Virus record (IMG/VR): IMGVR_UViG_3300042505_000808
DNA length: 64,000 bases
Strand: one strand, 5' to 3'
From: an uncultured virus (IMG/VR IMGVR_UViG_3300042505_000808)
Taxonomy: Duplodnaviria > Heunggongvirae > Uroviricota > Caudoviricetes
In this document: one piece after another, positions 20,589-31,049 of the stretch
Layout: every line of letters begins with the position of its first letter
How positions within the stretch are numbered: position 1 is the stretch's first letter
Notes under the pieces: generated by a model
Seen by the model: the letters and a program-made list of their open reading frames with translations, nothing else
Databases searched by the model: none
Told to the model about the DNA's origin: nothing
Translations under genes and position numbers: made by a program

Positions 20589-21343
20589 ACGCCCTCCCCT
20601 TCAGCTGATGCCCCTTGTTTTAATAGTAGTATAAAATAGTCTAAAGCTTGCCCTAAGAAAACACCGGTCGGCTGGCTGTGCCCCTTTTCCCTACTTGCAA
20701 CATGGGCTAGCGTGCGAGGAAAGGTGTGTGTGGCACGGGATCGGTAAGCTCTTTCTGCCTGCGCCATATAATCGATTTGTAAAGGTAAAAGAATACCATC
20801 TGAAGAATTTCCAGGGTCACTTACATTATAAGTAGACATCAATCTTTCTTCTGCTATCTGCGTTTCAAATGCAGCATGAATTGCGATTAAATCTGCTTCA
20901 GTCTGCAAGCTGCCCTCCCAAGTAACTTCTGCTGCTGCTACTGGTACTTTGTCAATCCCACGCTGATTCCAGTCTGCCGCAAGTTCTGCGTCTACTGGCA
21001 CCATAAGTAGAGGAGACTCATTAGCAACAAAGCGATCTCCTTGGCTGTTTAAAGGTATATCAACACTAACAATACGCCCCTCTGCGTCAGTTGTAACATT
21101 TGCAACACATCTTTCGCCTGATTCTTTACTGGTTATAAAAACTTGAAATGTTGTAGAAGGTGGACCATGCCCTACTATATCTTTTAAATTGTCAAAGTTT
21201 ACTTTGACCAACCGCCCAACTACAGGACGAAACCATCCTACAGCCTTATTTTCCGTTCGGGCTGCAGCTGATTCTTTTTTTAAGGCAGCAAACTTCTTTA
21301 AAGTTCTTTCAACATTAGCATCAATAAGACCTTTTTGTGCCAT
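20585..21343 (-). CDS. Hypothetical protein (baseplate cluster)
   Basis: 252 aa ORF with ATGA overlap. Confidence 0.65.
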   Translation of the reverse strand: MAQKGLIDANVERTLKKFAALKKESAAARTENKAVGWFRPVVGRLVKVNFDNLKDIVGHGPPSTTFQVFITSKESGERCVANVTTDAEGRIVSVDIPLNSQGDRFVANESPLLMVPVDAELAADWNQRGIDKVPVAAAEVTWEGSLQTEADLIAIHAAFETQIAEERLMSTYNVSDPGNSSDGILLPLQIDYMAQAERAYRSRATHTFPRTLAHVASREKGHSQPTGVFLGQALDYFILLLKQGASAEGEGV

Positions 21344-21346
21344 GAT

Positions 21347-22084
21347 TTACCTCGGAATAAAAGGAGACAATTTTTGTTCTTGATCCAGCAATTGCTGTAT
21401 CTTAGTTTTACGCTGGGTAATAGCACCTGGGCTGCGATTAAGCTTGGCAGCAATTTCTTGATTTGATAGTTTTTTATTTCCACGCATTCCCAATGTCAGT
21501 TCCATGATGCGCTGGTCTAAAGGACTTAGCCCTTGATAAACTACTTCACCCCATAGGTCTGCACTAGCTTGCTGGTTAGGAACTACACTTGGAGCACCTC
21601 CCGCTAATGGGTCAATTGCATCTAATCTTCCTGTGTTAACTCCGGGCTGATAGCTACGAATCTTTGCAAGACGGGGCATAGCTATCCCCAGCTTGTCTGA
21701 TAGTTCTGCGTCAGTAGGATCTCGCCCAAGCTCGTCTGACAGCTCTTGTGTAGATCCGTGTAACCTTTGATTCTCTAGCAAGATGCGTTCAGGTACGCTT
21801 ATTACTTGATGCTGCTGCTGGTTAATCCTACGAAGCCCTTGCATCTGGGTTAACAAGTGCGACTGAAGGCGGGACCGCTTTGGATCGTACTTACGCACTG
21901 CGTCCAATGCTAACAGCTTGGCACGGCTAGACGTTAATGGACTATCTGCACCATACATCTTGACCCCCTTTTGTACTATTGGATCAAGTGCTTTTAGTAA
22001 GGCAGCGTTGCCTTCTGGTGTTTGATTCTGCTGCCAGCTTTGAAATGCTGGTTTATATTCGTCTTCTAAATAATCGTCCATCAT
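21347..22084 (-). CDS. RNA polymerase sigma factor, sigma70 family (group 3, FliA/SigF-like layout)
   Basis: Region 2 DAVRKYDPKR; ISVPE; region 3 ELGRDPTDAELSDKLG; region 4 LSPLDQRIMEL...LSNQEIAAKLNRSPGAITQR HTH; SD AAGGAG. Confidence 0.85.
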   Translation of the reverse strand: MMDDYLEDEYKPAFQSWQQNQTPEGNAALLKALDPIVQKGVKMYGADSPLTSSRAKLLALDAVRKYDPKRSRLQSHLLTQMQGLRRINQQQHQVISVPERILLENQRLHGSTQELSDELGRDPTDAELSDKLGIAMPRLAKIRSYQPGVNTGRLDAIDPLAGGAPSVVPNQQASADLWGEVVYQGLSPLDQRIMELTLGMRGNKKLSNQEIAAKLNRSPGAITQRKTKIQQLLDQEQKLSPFIPR

Positions 22085-22100
22085 GGCTAATTTCTCCTTG

Positions 22101-24071
22101 TTAAACTATTACAGTTTGTCCCGCTTCTCCAGGGTCGCTTATAGGAAGTGGAAAGCCACCTCCTGTTTCCGCAGGGAGTGGAAAACCCCCACCGGTAATG
22201 GGTTCACCAGCTAAAGCTGGGTTATAAGGAGGAGCAGCCATTGATGGTCCAGCTCCAAGGTCTTCGATGCCTCCGGCTAGATCGTCTCCTGCGCTTGTCT
22301 CGTCTTCTTCCCCAGCAACTACCATGTCATTTGGAACCCCAACTACAGCTACAGATTTTTTAGCTTTGGTAAGTGCAGGTACTAGCGGGGCATATTTGAA
22401 ATAGTTTTCCATAAAGAATGGGTGTTCTATCATTGAAAACCTTTGTGATTCATTTTCTTTTGCTGTGCGTAGATTAGTTACCTCAAAAGCGGTAGTGGCC
22501 GAAGCTTGCTCCGCATTAATGGAAATATGCACCTTGGCTACGAATCCGTATAGATCTGTGGCTAGCGTGTCTACTCCTTCCGATAAATAGGTATCACCTC
22601 TAGCTTGAATCATCACAGTAGTGCCAGGAGCAATGTCAAATCGCAGCTTGCCAACTACCGTCCCTTCTCGCCCCGCCAGTGCATTGACGGCATACATCAT
22701 TCGTGCGTATTGTTGCATCACGTTATTCCACTCAACCACTTCTGTGCCCGGCTCTCGTTTTATTGCGGGTTTATCCGCACCAGTGGCATCGTGGGAGGGT
22801 TGATTAAGTGTTTTGTTTATATCTGCATCTCCGGTTGCAGCTTCGGGATCAAAATTTGCCCAGTCGTCTATCCAAGCAGGGGCATTAACAAACAACCACA
22901 TGCCATCGTTAAAGGGGTCACCCTCTTGGCTTTTAGCTACAAAAATAGCTCCTGCACAAAGCTTTGCATCTTCAGCCTTATTGATGGTCCCCATTTGATA
23001 ATTACCAAGCACACCTACCCCGTACAGCGGGCGTTGGGATTGGGTAGTTAAATCAAAATCTACATATTCTTCTGCTTTAATTATTATTTGTGCATCGCTA
23101 GCCATAGTAAGAATAGGGGCTACAATCGCCCCCGAGGCCCAAGGAACAATACCGCAACCAAAGTTAGGTAAAATTGAACCAATTAGCATACCCCACATAC
23201 TATTGCTAGCAAGTGATGCAGCAACTTGGTTTCCAATGAATGTAGCTGCTTTTTCATACCCATTACTTTGTATTTTAAGTGGATAATCTTTAACATACTT
23301 ATCTACATCAGTGCCTTTCGCTAAATTAGAAATACCTTGCCATTTACCTCCGTTACCATTTATTACCGCTGCCGCTCTTCCATTTGTTTCTGTGTTATTA
23401 ATTGGAGCACCTGCAGGATTATTACCGCACCAAAACTCATGATTGTGACTTTGAACTTGATTTTTCTGTGAAACCTCATCTAAAACTTTAAGCACACCTT
23501 TGCTAAAATCAGTTTGCATACCGACTGGTAAGTCCTCTGTAAATTTTTCAGCGGCTGTCCCCGCAGCTCCTGCGCCCTCTGCATAAACAGACAACATTAA
23601 ATCGTTAGGGGCTCCTGGCACCACATCTTTACTACCACCAGAAGAAAGAGCCAAATCTATTAATTGACCTACTAAATTTAAAACTAAACTGATCCTACCG
23701 GAAGAACGGCGATAGCTCATGCCTGCAACATACCCAATAAATATCGTGGCATCGTTTACAACTGGAAAAGATTCTTTAGCCCCATTATTTCCTTGAGGAG
23801 ACCAGTCTCCTAATTCACCTCGAACAAATACCCGAACTGGAGCCATCTGCTTAATGACATTTACTTGCGAGTAGATAGGAGATTGCACACCTGTCCGAGC
23901 ATTACGCCCTAGTGCTACGAGTGCAGTAGCTCTTGGAATATCGTTTAAGCCATAGCTCATACTAAATTGTGACATTGGAATTTCTGTTTCAGCTACATAC
24001 AGAATTACTTCTGCTCCGCCTACTTTTGCAGACAAATCCACCATTGCCCAGTTATTTGATTTATCTGCCAT
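22101..24071 (-). CDS. Putative baseplate hub protein (gp27/gpD-like)
   Basis: 656 aa; N-terminal beta strands with IFIGYVAG; C-terminal LRFDIAPGTTV...GFVAKVHI; downstream of TMP. Confidence 0.55.
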   Translation of the reverse strand: MADKSNNWAMVDLSAKVGGAEVILYVAETEIPMSQFSMSYGLNDIPRATALVALGRNARTGVQSPIYSQVNVIKQMAPVRVFVRGELGDWSPQGNNGAKESFPVVNDATIFIGYVAGMSYRRSSGRISLVLNLVGQLIDLALSSGGSKDVVPGAPNDLMLSVYAEGAGAAGTAAEKFTEDLPVGMQTDFSKGVLKVLDEVSQKNQVQSHNHEFWCGNNPAGAPINNTETNGRAAAVINGNGGKWQGISNLAKGTDVDKYVKDYPLKIQSNGYEKAATFIGNQVAASLASNSMWGMLIGSILPNFGCGIVPWASGAIVAPILTMASDAQIIIKAEEYVDFDLTTQSQRPLYGVGVLGNYQMGTINKAEDAKLCAGAIFVAKSQEGDPFNDGMWLFVNAPAWIDDWANFDPEAATGDADINKTLNQPSHDATGADKPAIKREPGTEVVEWNNVMQQYARMMYAVNALAGREGTVVGKLRFDIAPGTTVMIQARGDTYLSEGVDTLATDLYGFVAKVHISINAEQASATTAFEVTNLRTAKENESQRFSMIEHPFFMENYFKYAPLVPALTKAKKSVAVVGVPNDMVVAGEEDETSAGDDLAGGIEDLGAGPSMAAPPYNPALAGEPITGGGFPLPAETGGGFPLPISDPGEAGQTVIV

Positions 24072-24852
24072 TATAAATTTCTTCCGTGCGGTAAATCATT
24101 GCAAGTACGATGCCACCTAATCGATAAGCAAACTCAGGATGTTTTTCCCAACAATTTCTAAAAGTGGCATAAGGCTCAGCAGAGGATGTTCCAAATAGCT
24201 GGAGTAAGTAAGGTTCTCCTATGCTATGTAATCCCTTTTCAATTTCCGATAAGCTATTTTGTGGCCTAAGATATCCCTGTATCCGCCATGACACCGCTTC
24301 ATCTGTTGTGTTGACACAAAATTTATAACCAGATAAAGGCAGTGCAAAATACGGGCTAAGGCCATCAGTTAAATCTAATAGATGTTGTACATCTATCAAA
24401 GGAAAGGTAAGGCGTTTTATCTGAATGTTTGGGTTAACTATATTGATTTGGTAATCAAAGGTAGCTTTTCCCGAAGCATCGGGTTTAATTGGGGTGCCTG
24501 CTATTGTAAGGGTCTGTGCGGAAGTCCCACCTTGTCGAATAACTTTAGGTAAAAATGTATTCTGCAAACTAAGTCTATTAATATTTAAGTCATAAGTAAT
24601 GCGGGAGTCTAACGCAAGGATATGCGATTGCAACTCCGTAGCCTCAACCAATTGCAGTAACTGCCAAGACCGGTAATTTAACATAGCTCGATCAGGATCT
24701 GCACCGAAGAAACGAGATCGAAACACATCTAGGTAAGTAGGAAGTTCTAACTTTTGATAACCACCTGGGATTAATTCTTCACCAGGGCACTCAGGGAAAT
24801 AACCTGGACCTCCATCTAAATTCAAAAGCAGTGTGCGTGCGTGATTAAACAT
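24061..24852 (-). CDS. Hypothetical baseplate-region protein
   Basis: 263 aa ORF in the tail operon. Confidence 0.65.
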   Translation of the reverse strand: MFNHARTLLLNLDGGPGYFPECPGEELIPGGYQKLELPTYLDVFRSRFFGADPDRAMLNYRSWQLLQLVEATELQSHILALDSRITYDLNINRLSLQNTFLPKVIRQGGTSAQTLTIAGTPIKPDASGKATFDYQINIVNPNIQIKRLTFPLIDVQHLLDLTDGLSPYFALPLSGYKFCVNTTDEAVSWRIQGYLRPQNSLSEIEKGLHSIGEPYLLQLFGTSSAEPYATFRNCWEKHPEFAYRLGGIVLAMIYRTEEIYNGR

Positions 24853-24863
24853 GATTAACCTTA

Positions 24864-25337
24864 TTATGTTGGGGGCAGCAGAGATATAGTTAGTTGAAAA
24901 TTTATAGTTCTAGTCTGTGAGTCCTGTGCGTCGCCGGTCAATGCCGTAACAAAACCTTGGAAAGATTTGTTAACCCCGATAGTCACTGTCACAGGCTCCT
25001 TACGCACTGAGATTCGGTTTAATTCATACCATTGGAACAGTTTTTCAAATCCATGTTCTGCCCCGTTTGAACCACAACTTTGCGCAAAGCTTATACCGTG
25101 TAAGTCTACTTGACCCATTCTGTCCCCAAAAACATAAACATAAACATCATTACCGATTGTATGCAGAAATTGAAAATTACCTGCAGCAGCGACACCAATG
25201 CGAGTAATAATAGTAGTGTGCTGTGTGTAAGTGATTGGGGAATTACCAACTACTTTCCCCATTGATATTGCACCTTCAGCAACTGCATCATTAAGCATGA
25301 ATACTCGCCCAGTATTTCTTGAAAAAATGACTGGCAT
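24864..25337 (-). CDS. Putative tail tube initiator / tube-fold protein
   Basis: 157 aa, beta-rich, directly after TMP; VYVFGDRMGQVDLHG and FQGFVTAL pattern. Confidence 0.5.
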   Translation of the reverse strand: MPVIFSRNTGRVFMLNDAVAEGAISMGKVVGNSPITYTQHTTIITRIGVAAAGNFQFLHTIGNDVYVYVFGDRMGQVDLHGISFAQSCGSNGAEHGFEKLFQWYELNRISVRKEPVTVTIGVNKSFQGFVTALTGDAQDSQTRTINFQLTISLLPPT

Positions 25338-25348
25338 ATTTTACTCCT

Positions 25349-28300
25349 TTAGCGTGTTGGGGCTAAAATGGTTTCACTCATATTGCCCTCGCCATTAACT
25401 GTGCCTTTGATTGTCAGTGTACCAGTTAACTTCATGGTCTTATCTGCTTCTTTTTTAACATCTGCAGCAATATCTTGCGTACTAACTCGGCCTAAGGATT
25501 CTTTTAGATCTTTTTCCCCATACTTTCCTGGAGCCTTATCTTTCAGCCCCATAAACTCAGTCTTTTTCATCATACTGTCTAATGCGTCTTCAGACATACC
25601 ATGCGTCTTTGCTAAAGCCTTCTTTTGCTCTGGAGTTTTAGCCTTAGCGTACTCGTCTGTGAGCATATCCAACTTATCAATAGCAGTAGCATCTTTACCC
25701 CCAATTGTGAGTTTGCCTACATCTTTAAGTACATTCGCAACCATCTGTCTATTTCTATCGCCAGCAACACCCCCACTTTTTCCAAGATCTGCACTAAACT
25801 TTTGCCTATCTTCTTTAGTCGTCTTACCGAAAGCATCGGCTAGCGTGTTCATGGAATCACTGCCCAAGTCTTTATCCTTAGCTTCCTTGGCAATCTTTTG
25901 AGCATCTTTTTCTAAACCAGTCATAGTTCCAAGGTTCTTAACAATGTCCGACTCGGACATACCACCAGCTCTCAGTTTTGTGGCTTCTGCTGTGTATTCC
26001 GCTTTTCGTTTTTCAAGCTGCTCTACCACACCTTGGTTGTTTAGGCGTTGTTCATACTTTTTAACATCTTCAGGTTTGTTGATGTCGAGTCCAGCTTCCT
26101 TCATCCGTGCTTCCTTAGAAGCAGTTTTCTTCTCAACAACCCCAGACAACCTTGCTACTTCTTGCTGTGCATTTGGGGAGTTTGGATTTCTAGCTAACAT
26201 TTCTTTTGCGTTTGCTAGCTGGGTTTTTGATCCAGATAGTGACGATTCATCTTGTCTTGCTGCTTGTAACTGTGCTTTAGCTGTCCCCTTTGTTGGATCA
26301 TCTTTAAACATTTTAAGATTAGGATCGATCTCGCCACCTCTAACCGCTTTTCGATAGTCTTCTTCTTTCATGCCCAAAGCTGCTGCATCTTTTGAGACAT
26401 CTCTTGCGTCTTCTTTGGCCATCTTATCTAACGAGGTAATTTGATCTTTGTTTAACCCTGTTAAACCTTGCATGCCTTCTGCCGATTTGATTAGCTCTTT
26501 CTGTTCTGGGGTCATACCATCTGTATTAACTGGCTTACCCGCTGCGATTTGGTTGGTGATTGTTTTCAGATCTAGCCCAGCAGTAGCCTTCTTTAAATCC
26601 GTACCTTTTAAAGTGGCAGCCGAGCTTAAAGCTTGCAGCCCTTTTTCTTGTTCACTTGATGCGTCTTTACCTACCATTGTTTTTGCCAATGTCTTAGTTG
26701 CTTCTGTCGGCTTAAGCATATCTGCGTAGGTCTTATTGGCTGCTCCGGACATACCTTCTACGGAATCTTTCATGTTTCCAACTAAGTCTTTAGATTTAAG
26801 CGAAAGATAAGCAGCATAATCTTTTTCAGTAAGGTTACTTCCGCCAAACATGCCTGTGCCAACATCTTTACCAGCGGCTTTCAACCGCTCCGTTACTGTG
26901 GTCTTCTCTGCATCAGACAATTTATTGAAATCGGCTTTTACTTGGTCTTGCCCCTTCTTATCAAGAGCCACACCACCGCTGCTCACCATCTTGCCGACAT
27001 CACCACCAAAATACTTATTTGCCATCGACTGCAGTTGTTCTTCAGACTCTTGACTTTGCTTAGCAGCTATTATTGCGCGTGCCCCACCACGGCTAACGGC
27101 TTTAGAGTCAGATAAGAATTCTCGTCTCATTTCTGAAAGACTGCCTATTCGAGATTCTGTATCTTGGGCCGCTCGCTTGCCCTCGGCAGAATCTGCGTAA
27201 GTGTTAGCTGCGTCCCGCTTCTTTGTGACATCTGCTTCGGTTTTTCCATAAAACTGTTCAATTTGTTTGTTGTCGATATACTTGCTAACAATTGCTGCTC
27301 TGTCTTCAGATTTGGCTGCAACTAAGTCTTTCTTCAATTGAGCTTTATCCGCCCCATCTAGACCCTTATATTTGGCAATATCTGCACCCTTACCGCTTAA
27401 TTTTTCATCTGCTCCAAGCACACCGAGGCTGCGTAATTGATTTTCTGCAAGTAATTGATCTTCGGCTTTTTGAGTTAATTGTTTTTCACTGCTGTTGTAA
27501 GCTTTGAGAGCAGCTGGATCTAGGGCCTTTAACTCTTCTTTAGTTAATTTCTTTTGCCCCGCTGCTTCTGTTCGCATCAACTCTGTGCGTTCATCTACCG
27601 CCTTGGCAGTCGGCTTCAGCTCCACCCCACCTCGCCTACCTTGAATAATAGCATCTTGGGTTTTCTCATCCTTTAACCCCCCAACTGTTGCGTCTGCTCC
27701 AAGCTCTTCCCTCATCTCTTTAGCCCGAACATCTACGGAGACTACATCACCCCGTAACTTTTCCTTTACTCGGGCACGCGCTGTTTCTTCATTAGCCCCG
27801 CTTTTAATCGCTTTGTCATAAACTGCTTTAGCTTCTGGGGACAGATTTTTTATGGCACCAGCTGACAGCTTATCTGCTTCTTCTAATTGCTTAGTTCGAT
27901 CCTTTTCCGCTAGTACTCGCATATCGCTGTCTGTAAGTTTTGTTGTTCCAGCATCTTTTCTTTCTTGCTTGGTTACTTCAGCAGTAGACCCAGCTGCCCG
28001 CACTTGTTCCATTCGGTTAAAGTGATCTAATTCTCGAGCAGCAGTTTTACCTTTAGCAATATCTGCTTGATTGAACTCCCCTTCTTTATCTGTGAGACCT
28101 AGACTATCTGACATCTCTCGGCTGGCTGTTACATGTTGCTTCAGCAATGCTGTTTCTTCTTTGATTTCCTTTTGAATTTTCTTTTTCTCTTCAGGGCTAG
28201 CACCTTGCAGTTTAGCGGTTAAACTTTCAATTTTAGACTGGCTTGCTCGTACACTTTCCAATGGTTTATTTAACTTAGCTGCGGCCTCATCCATATCTCC

Positions 28301-30544
28301 AGCAAACATATCTCCCATTAAAGTAGCTAAGTTAGCATCTTCTCCTTTATCCCCTTGCTTCTGTATTCCAGTAGACAATCGTTGTAAAATGCTACCTTTA
28401 GGTCCGAGCCCAGACATTGCTTCATTTAAACCAGCTCTTGCACCCACTTCAGCTTGTTTCTCTTCTCGGCTTTCTCGCACAGCCTTACCATGCACTTGTG
28501 CGTAAGAAGTAGCATCCATTCCCAGCTTATTGCGTAGTACTGTCTCCCTCTGCCCAAAAGAAGTAGCAGCCATATTCTGAGCTTCTGCCTCACTTAAGAC
28601 TACTCCACGGTTAGCCGCCTCTGCTTGTATTGCATCGGCAATCGCTCGGTTTCTTTGTTTTGGATCTTGCAACTGTGCCATAGTCAATTCGTCAGTAGCA
28701 TCCGTGGCCGCTTTACCAAGTGCAGCTGCAATTTCTGTGCGTTGCTTAGGATCTGCCACTTGTTCTTGAAGTGCTTTGCTTGACGATAGACGATTGCCGG
28801 TAGTTCTAGCAATTTGCTTTGCAATTTCAGCAGGCTGCTGTCTCATCGCAGCCTGTTGCCGCTCTTCATTAGTAGACAAAGCACGTAGGTTAGAAGTTCG
28901 ATCCCCTAACATCATGTTAAAGTCCGAGGTGTTCATTCCATTCACAGCACCTCGCCCGACCATACTTCTAAATTCACCCTCTTTTGTTGGGGTGTTCTTT
29001 GTATGTGATTTACCTGAATCATCTACAAATGTGTAATTCGGTGCCCCAGAATCAGCGGCAGCTAATGCAGCTTTCATCTCTCGCCCAGCTTGATTCTCGG
29101 AAAAACCACCAGCTTCTTCGATGCGGGTTAAGGCTCCTAAAGAGTTAGCCATTTCAGAACCCATCCCACGAGAGAATAGGCCCATGGATGCCTGCTCTGC
29201 TTGTTCTCGGTTTAGTGCTCCAAATCCAGTAGCTCCACCATGCTCTGCAAAAGCCATACCTGTAGTAGTTCCAACCTTAAGCGATGTAGGATTAAAATGA
29301 ACTCCATGACCCCCCATCATCTGAGTGTTCTGCGAGTTGGCATATTGATTCATTGCAGTCAATTGATCGATACTTTTACCCGAAAGTTGAGACATGGCCT
29401 GCATATCTCGTACCATCGAAGTAAGCTGCCCTGGTGTAAATTTCTGCATCTGCCCCGAGGTCATGGCTTTAAGTGCATTTATTAATTTTGGAACAGGTGC
29501 GTTTGGATCTCCATTCTCACCGAACACCTCACGAATAGCCGAAAGCGATCCAACATAATTTTGTAGTTGGTCTGATATCTGCCTAGCGTCGTCCTTGCCC
29601 ATTTTAGCTGAGACACCTGAATCTTTTCTCAGTTTAGATAATTGTTCATTGGACAAGCTAGCAAGGTTGGTATCGTCTCCGATTTCAACTCCAACTTTTT
29701 TACCTATCGCTTTTAAATCCATCCCTTGTTCTCTACCTTCTTGTAAAGATTGAAGGGTGCGATCCCGCAAACTTCCGGTAGGACCAACCAAGCCTTCTGC
29801 GGATAATTGTCTATATGCTTGCCCCATATCTCCAGCCCGCATCCCATTCATTTGGGCCATGTTGTCCCTAGAAAACATGTTTTCAAAAACATTATTAACT
29901 AAGTTTTTATTGGAGTCAGTGCTGTATCCCATTTTACCTGTGATGGGGTCCGCTCGGTAGCGGTTTGCTTCCATCATCTGCCCAGCCATTGCTTGTACGC
30001 TGCCTTTTTCCCCAGAAATTGCATCCATGAAATCAGGAGCGACCATTGATAAAGTAGGCCCAAGCGAAGAAATAGTATCCGCCATATTGCGTGCGGCTTC
30101 TCGTTGTCTACGATCAAAAGGAACGCCAGCTAAAGCAGCGGCTCCTCGGAAAGAACGATAAATACCCTCGGAGTCTTGCCCCGCCACCCCTGCACCTACT
30201 TCATTTTTCATCCGTAAGTGTTCACGAGTGCGGTGTGCTTGCATGTAGGAACCAGCGTTACCCATAGGCATTAAGCCTTGCTGCTGCATCTGCTGAGATA
30301 AGTAAGCATTACCAGCACCCGCAGCTAGCATTCCACCTATGCCAAATTGTTGTAAGTTTAGAGGAGCTAAAGGAGATGTGTCGGGTAATGCATTACCTTG
30401 GATCGGAGAGGAATATCCTCGTGCCAACTGAGCTAAATACCCAGCACCCCCAGTGGGATGGGGACTAAATGCTCCACCTGGGAGCATCCCTAGTCCTTGT
30501 GTTGCATCTTGCATCCACTCTAATTGGCTGGGATCCATGGTCAT
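25349..30544 (-). CDS. Tail tape measure protein
   Basis: 1731 aa; Ala/Lys/Gln/Glu-rich helical; follows the chaperone pair; no Cys. Confidence 0.8.
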   Translation of the reverse strand: MTMDPSQLEWMQDATQGLGMLPGGAFSPHPTGGAGYLAQLARGYSSPIQGNALPDTSPLAPLNLQQFGIGGMLAAGAGNAYLSQQMQQQGLMPMGNAGSYMQAHRTREHLRMKNEVGAGVAGQDSEGIYRSFRGAAALAGVPFDRRQREAARNMADTISSLGPTLSMVAPDFMDAISGEKGSVQAMAGQMMEANRYRADPITGKMGYSTDSNKNLVNNVFENMFSRDNMAQMNGMRAGDMGQAYRQLSAEGLVGPTGSLRDRTLQSLQEGREQGMDLKAIGKKVGVEIGDDTNLASLSNEQLSKLRKDSGVSAKMGKDDARQISDQLQNYVGSLSAIREVFGENGDPNAPVPKLINALKAMTSGQMQKFTPGQLTSMVRDMQAMSQLSGKSIDQLTAMNQYANSQNTQMMGGHGVHFNPTSLKVGTTTGMAFAEHGGATGFGALNREQAEQASMGLFSRGMGSEMANSLGALTRIEEAGGFSENQAGREMKAALAAADSGAPNYTFVDDSGKSHTKNTPTKEGEFRSMVGRGAVNGMNTSDFNMMLGDRTSNLRALSTNEERQQAAMRQQPAEIAKQIARTTGNRLSSSKALQEQVADPKQRTEIAAALGKAATDATDELTMAQLQDPKQRNRAIADAIQAEAANRGVVLSEAEAQNMAATSFGQRETVLRNKLGMDATSYAQVHGKAVRESREEKQAEVGARAGLNEAMSGLGPKGSILQRLSTGIQKQGDKGEDANLATLMGDMFAGDMDEAAAKLNKPLESVRASQSKIESLTAKLQGASPEEKKKIQKEIKEETALLKQHVTASREMSDSLGLTDKEGEFNQADIAKGKTAARELDHFNRMEQVRAAGSTAEVTKQERKDAGTTKLTDSDMRVLAEKDRTKQLEEADKLSAGAIKNLSPEAKAVYDKAIKSGANEETARARVKEKLRGDVVSVDVRAKEMREELGADATVGGLKDEKTQDAIIQGRRGGVELKPTAKAVDERTELMRTEAAGQKKLTKEELKALDPAALKAYNSSEKQLTQKAEDQLLAENQLRSLGVLGADEKLSGKGADIAKYKGLDGADKAQLKKDLVAAKSEDRAAIVSKYIDNKQIEQFYGKTEADVTKKRDAANTYADSAEGKRAAQDTESRIGSLSEMRREFLSDSKAVSRGGARAIIAAKQSQESEEQLQSMANKYFGGDVGKMVSSGGVALDKKGQDQVKADFNKLSDAEKTTVTERLKAAGKDVGTGMFGGSNLTEKDYAAYLSLKSKDLVGNMKDSVEGMSGAANKTYADMLKPTEATKTLAKTMVGKDASSEQEKGLQALSSAATLKGTDLKKATAGLDLKTITNQIAAGKPVNTDGMTPEQKELIKSAEGMQGLTGLNKDQITSLDKMAKEDARDVSKDAAALGMKEEDYRKAVRGGEIDPNLKMFKDDPTKGTAKAQLQAARQDESSLSGSKTQLANAKEMLARNPNSPNAQQEVARLSGVVEKKTASKEARMKEAGLDINKPEDVKKYEQRLNNQGVVEQLEKRKAEYTAEATKLRAGGMSESDIVKNLGTMTGLEKDAQKIAKEAKDKDLGSDSMNTLADAFGKTTKEDRQKFSADLGKSGGVAGDRNRQMVANVLKDVGKLTIGGKDATAIDKLDMLTDEYAKAKTPEQKKALAKTHGMSEDALDSMMKKTEFMGLKDKAPGKYGEKDLKESLGRVSTQDIAADVKKEADKTMKLTGTLTIKGTVNGEGNMSETILAPTR

Positions 30545-31035
30545 TTTATGCGTCCTTGCTGCCTAAGCCGCTTTAACCTTAAGTTTTCTAACTTGGTATA
30601 GAATGCGGTTTCCTTTCCTGCAGTTTCATCTTCAGCTTTTTTAATCCTATCTGACACGGCTGAAGCTAATCCTTCTATCTCTTTTTCCCATTTTGCTTTA
30701 GCTTCTGCATCGTCAGGATCAAAACCCGCTAGAGCTTTCCATTGCTCTTTAAAATTTATAACATCCTTAGTATGACGATCTTCTGAAGATCGACCAAGCC
30801 AAGGCCGCAAACTTCCTTCTAAATCTGCAAAAAGTTCTTTACATTCTTTTTGTAATTTAGAAAAATCCTCTGAAGAAAGTTTTGAACTAGAAACTAATGA
30901 CAGTTGGAATTCGTAGGCATGATATAAAAGTTTTTCTCGAGAATCTTCCTCTAGTGCTCGAATTAAATATTTCCAACGAGTCCACCACATACTGCTATGT
31001 AAGTCTGCCTTACTGTAATCAATCATGCCACGCAT
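30541..31035 (-). CDS. Tail assembly chaperone, T part (probably made as a G-T frameshift fusion)
   Basis: In the -1 frame of the upstream ORF and open from the slippery site; abuts TMP. Confidence 0.7.
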   Translation of the reverse strand: MRGMIDYSKADLHSSMWWTRWKYLIRALEEDSREKLLYHAYEFQLSLVSSSKLSSEDFSKLQKECKELFADLEGSLRPWLGRSSEDRHTKDVINFKEQWKALAGFDPDDAEAKAKWEKEIEGLASAVSDRIKKAEDETAGKETAFYTKLENLRLKRLRQQGRIK

Positions 31036-31049
31036 CGCCGACCGAACAG

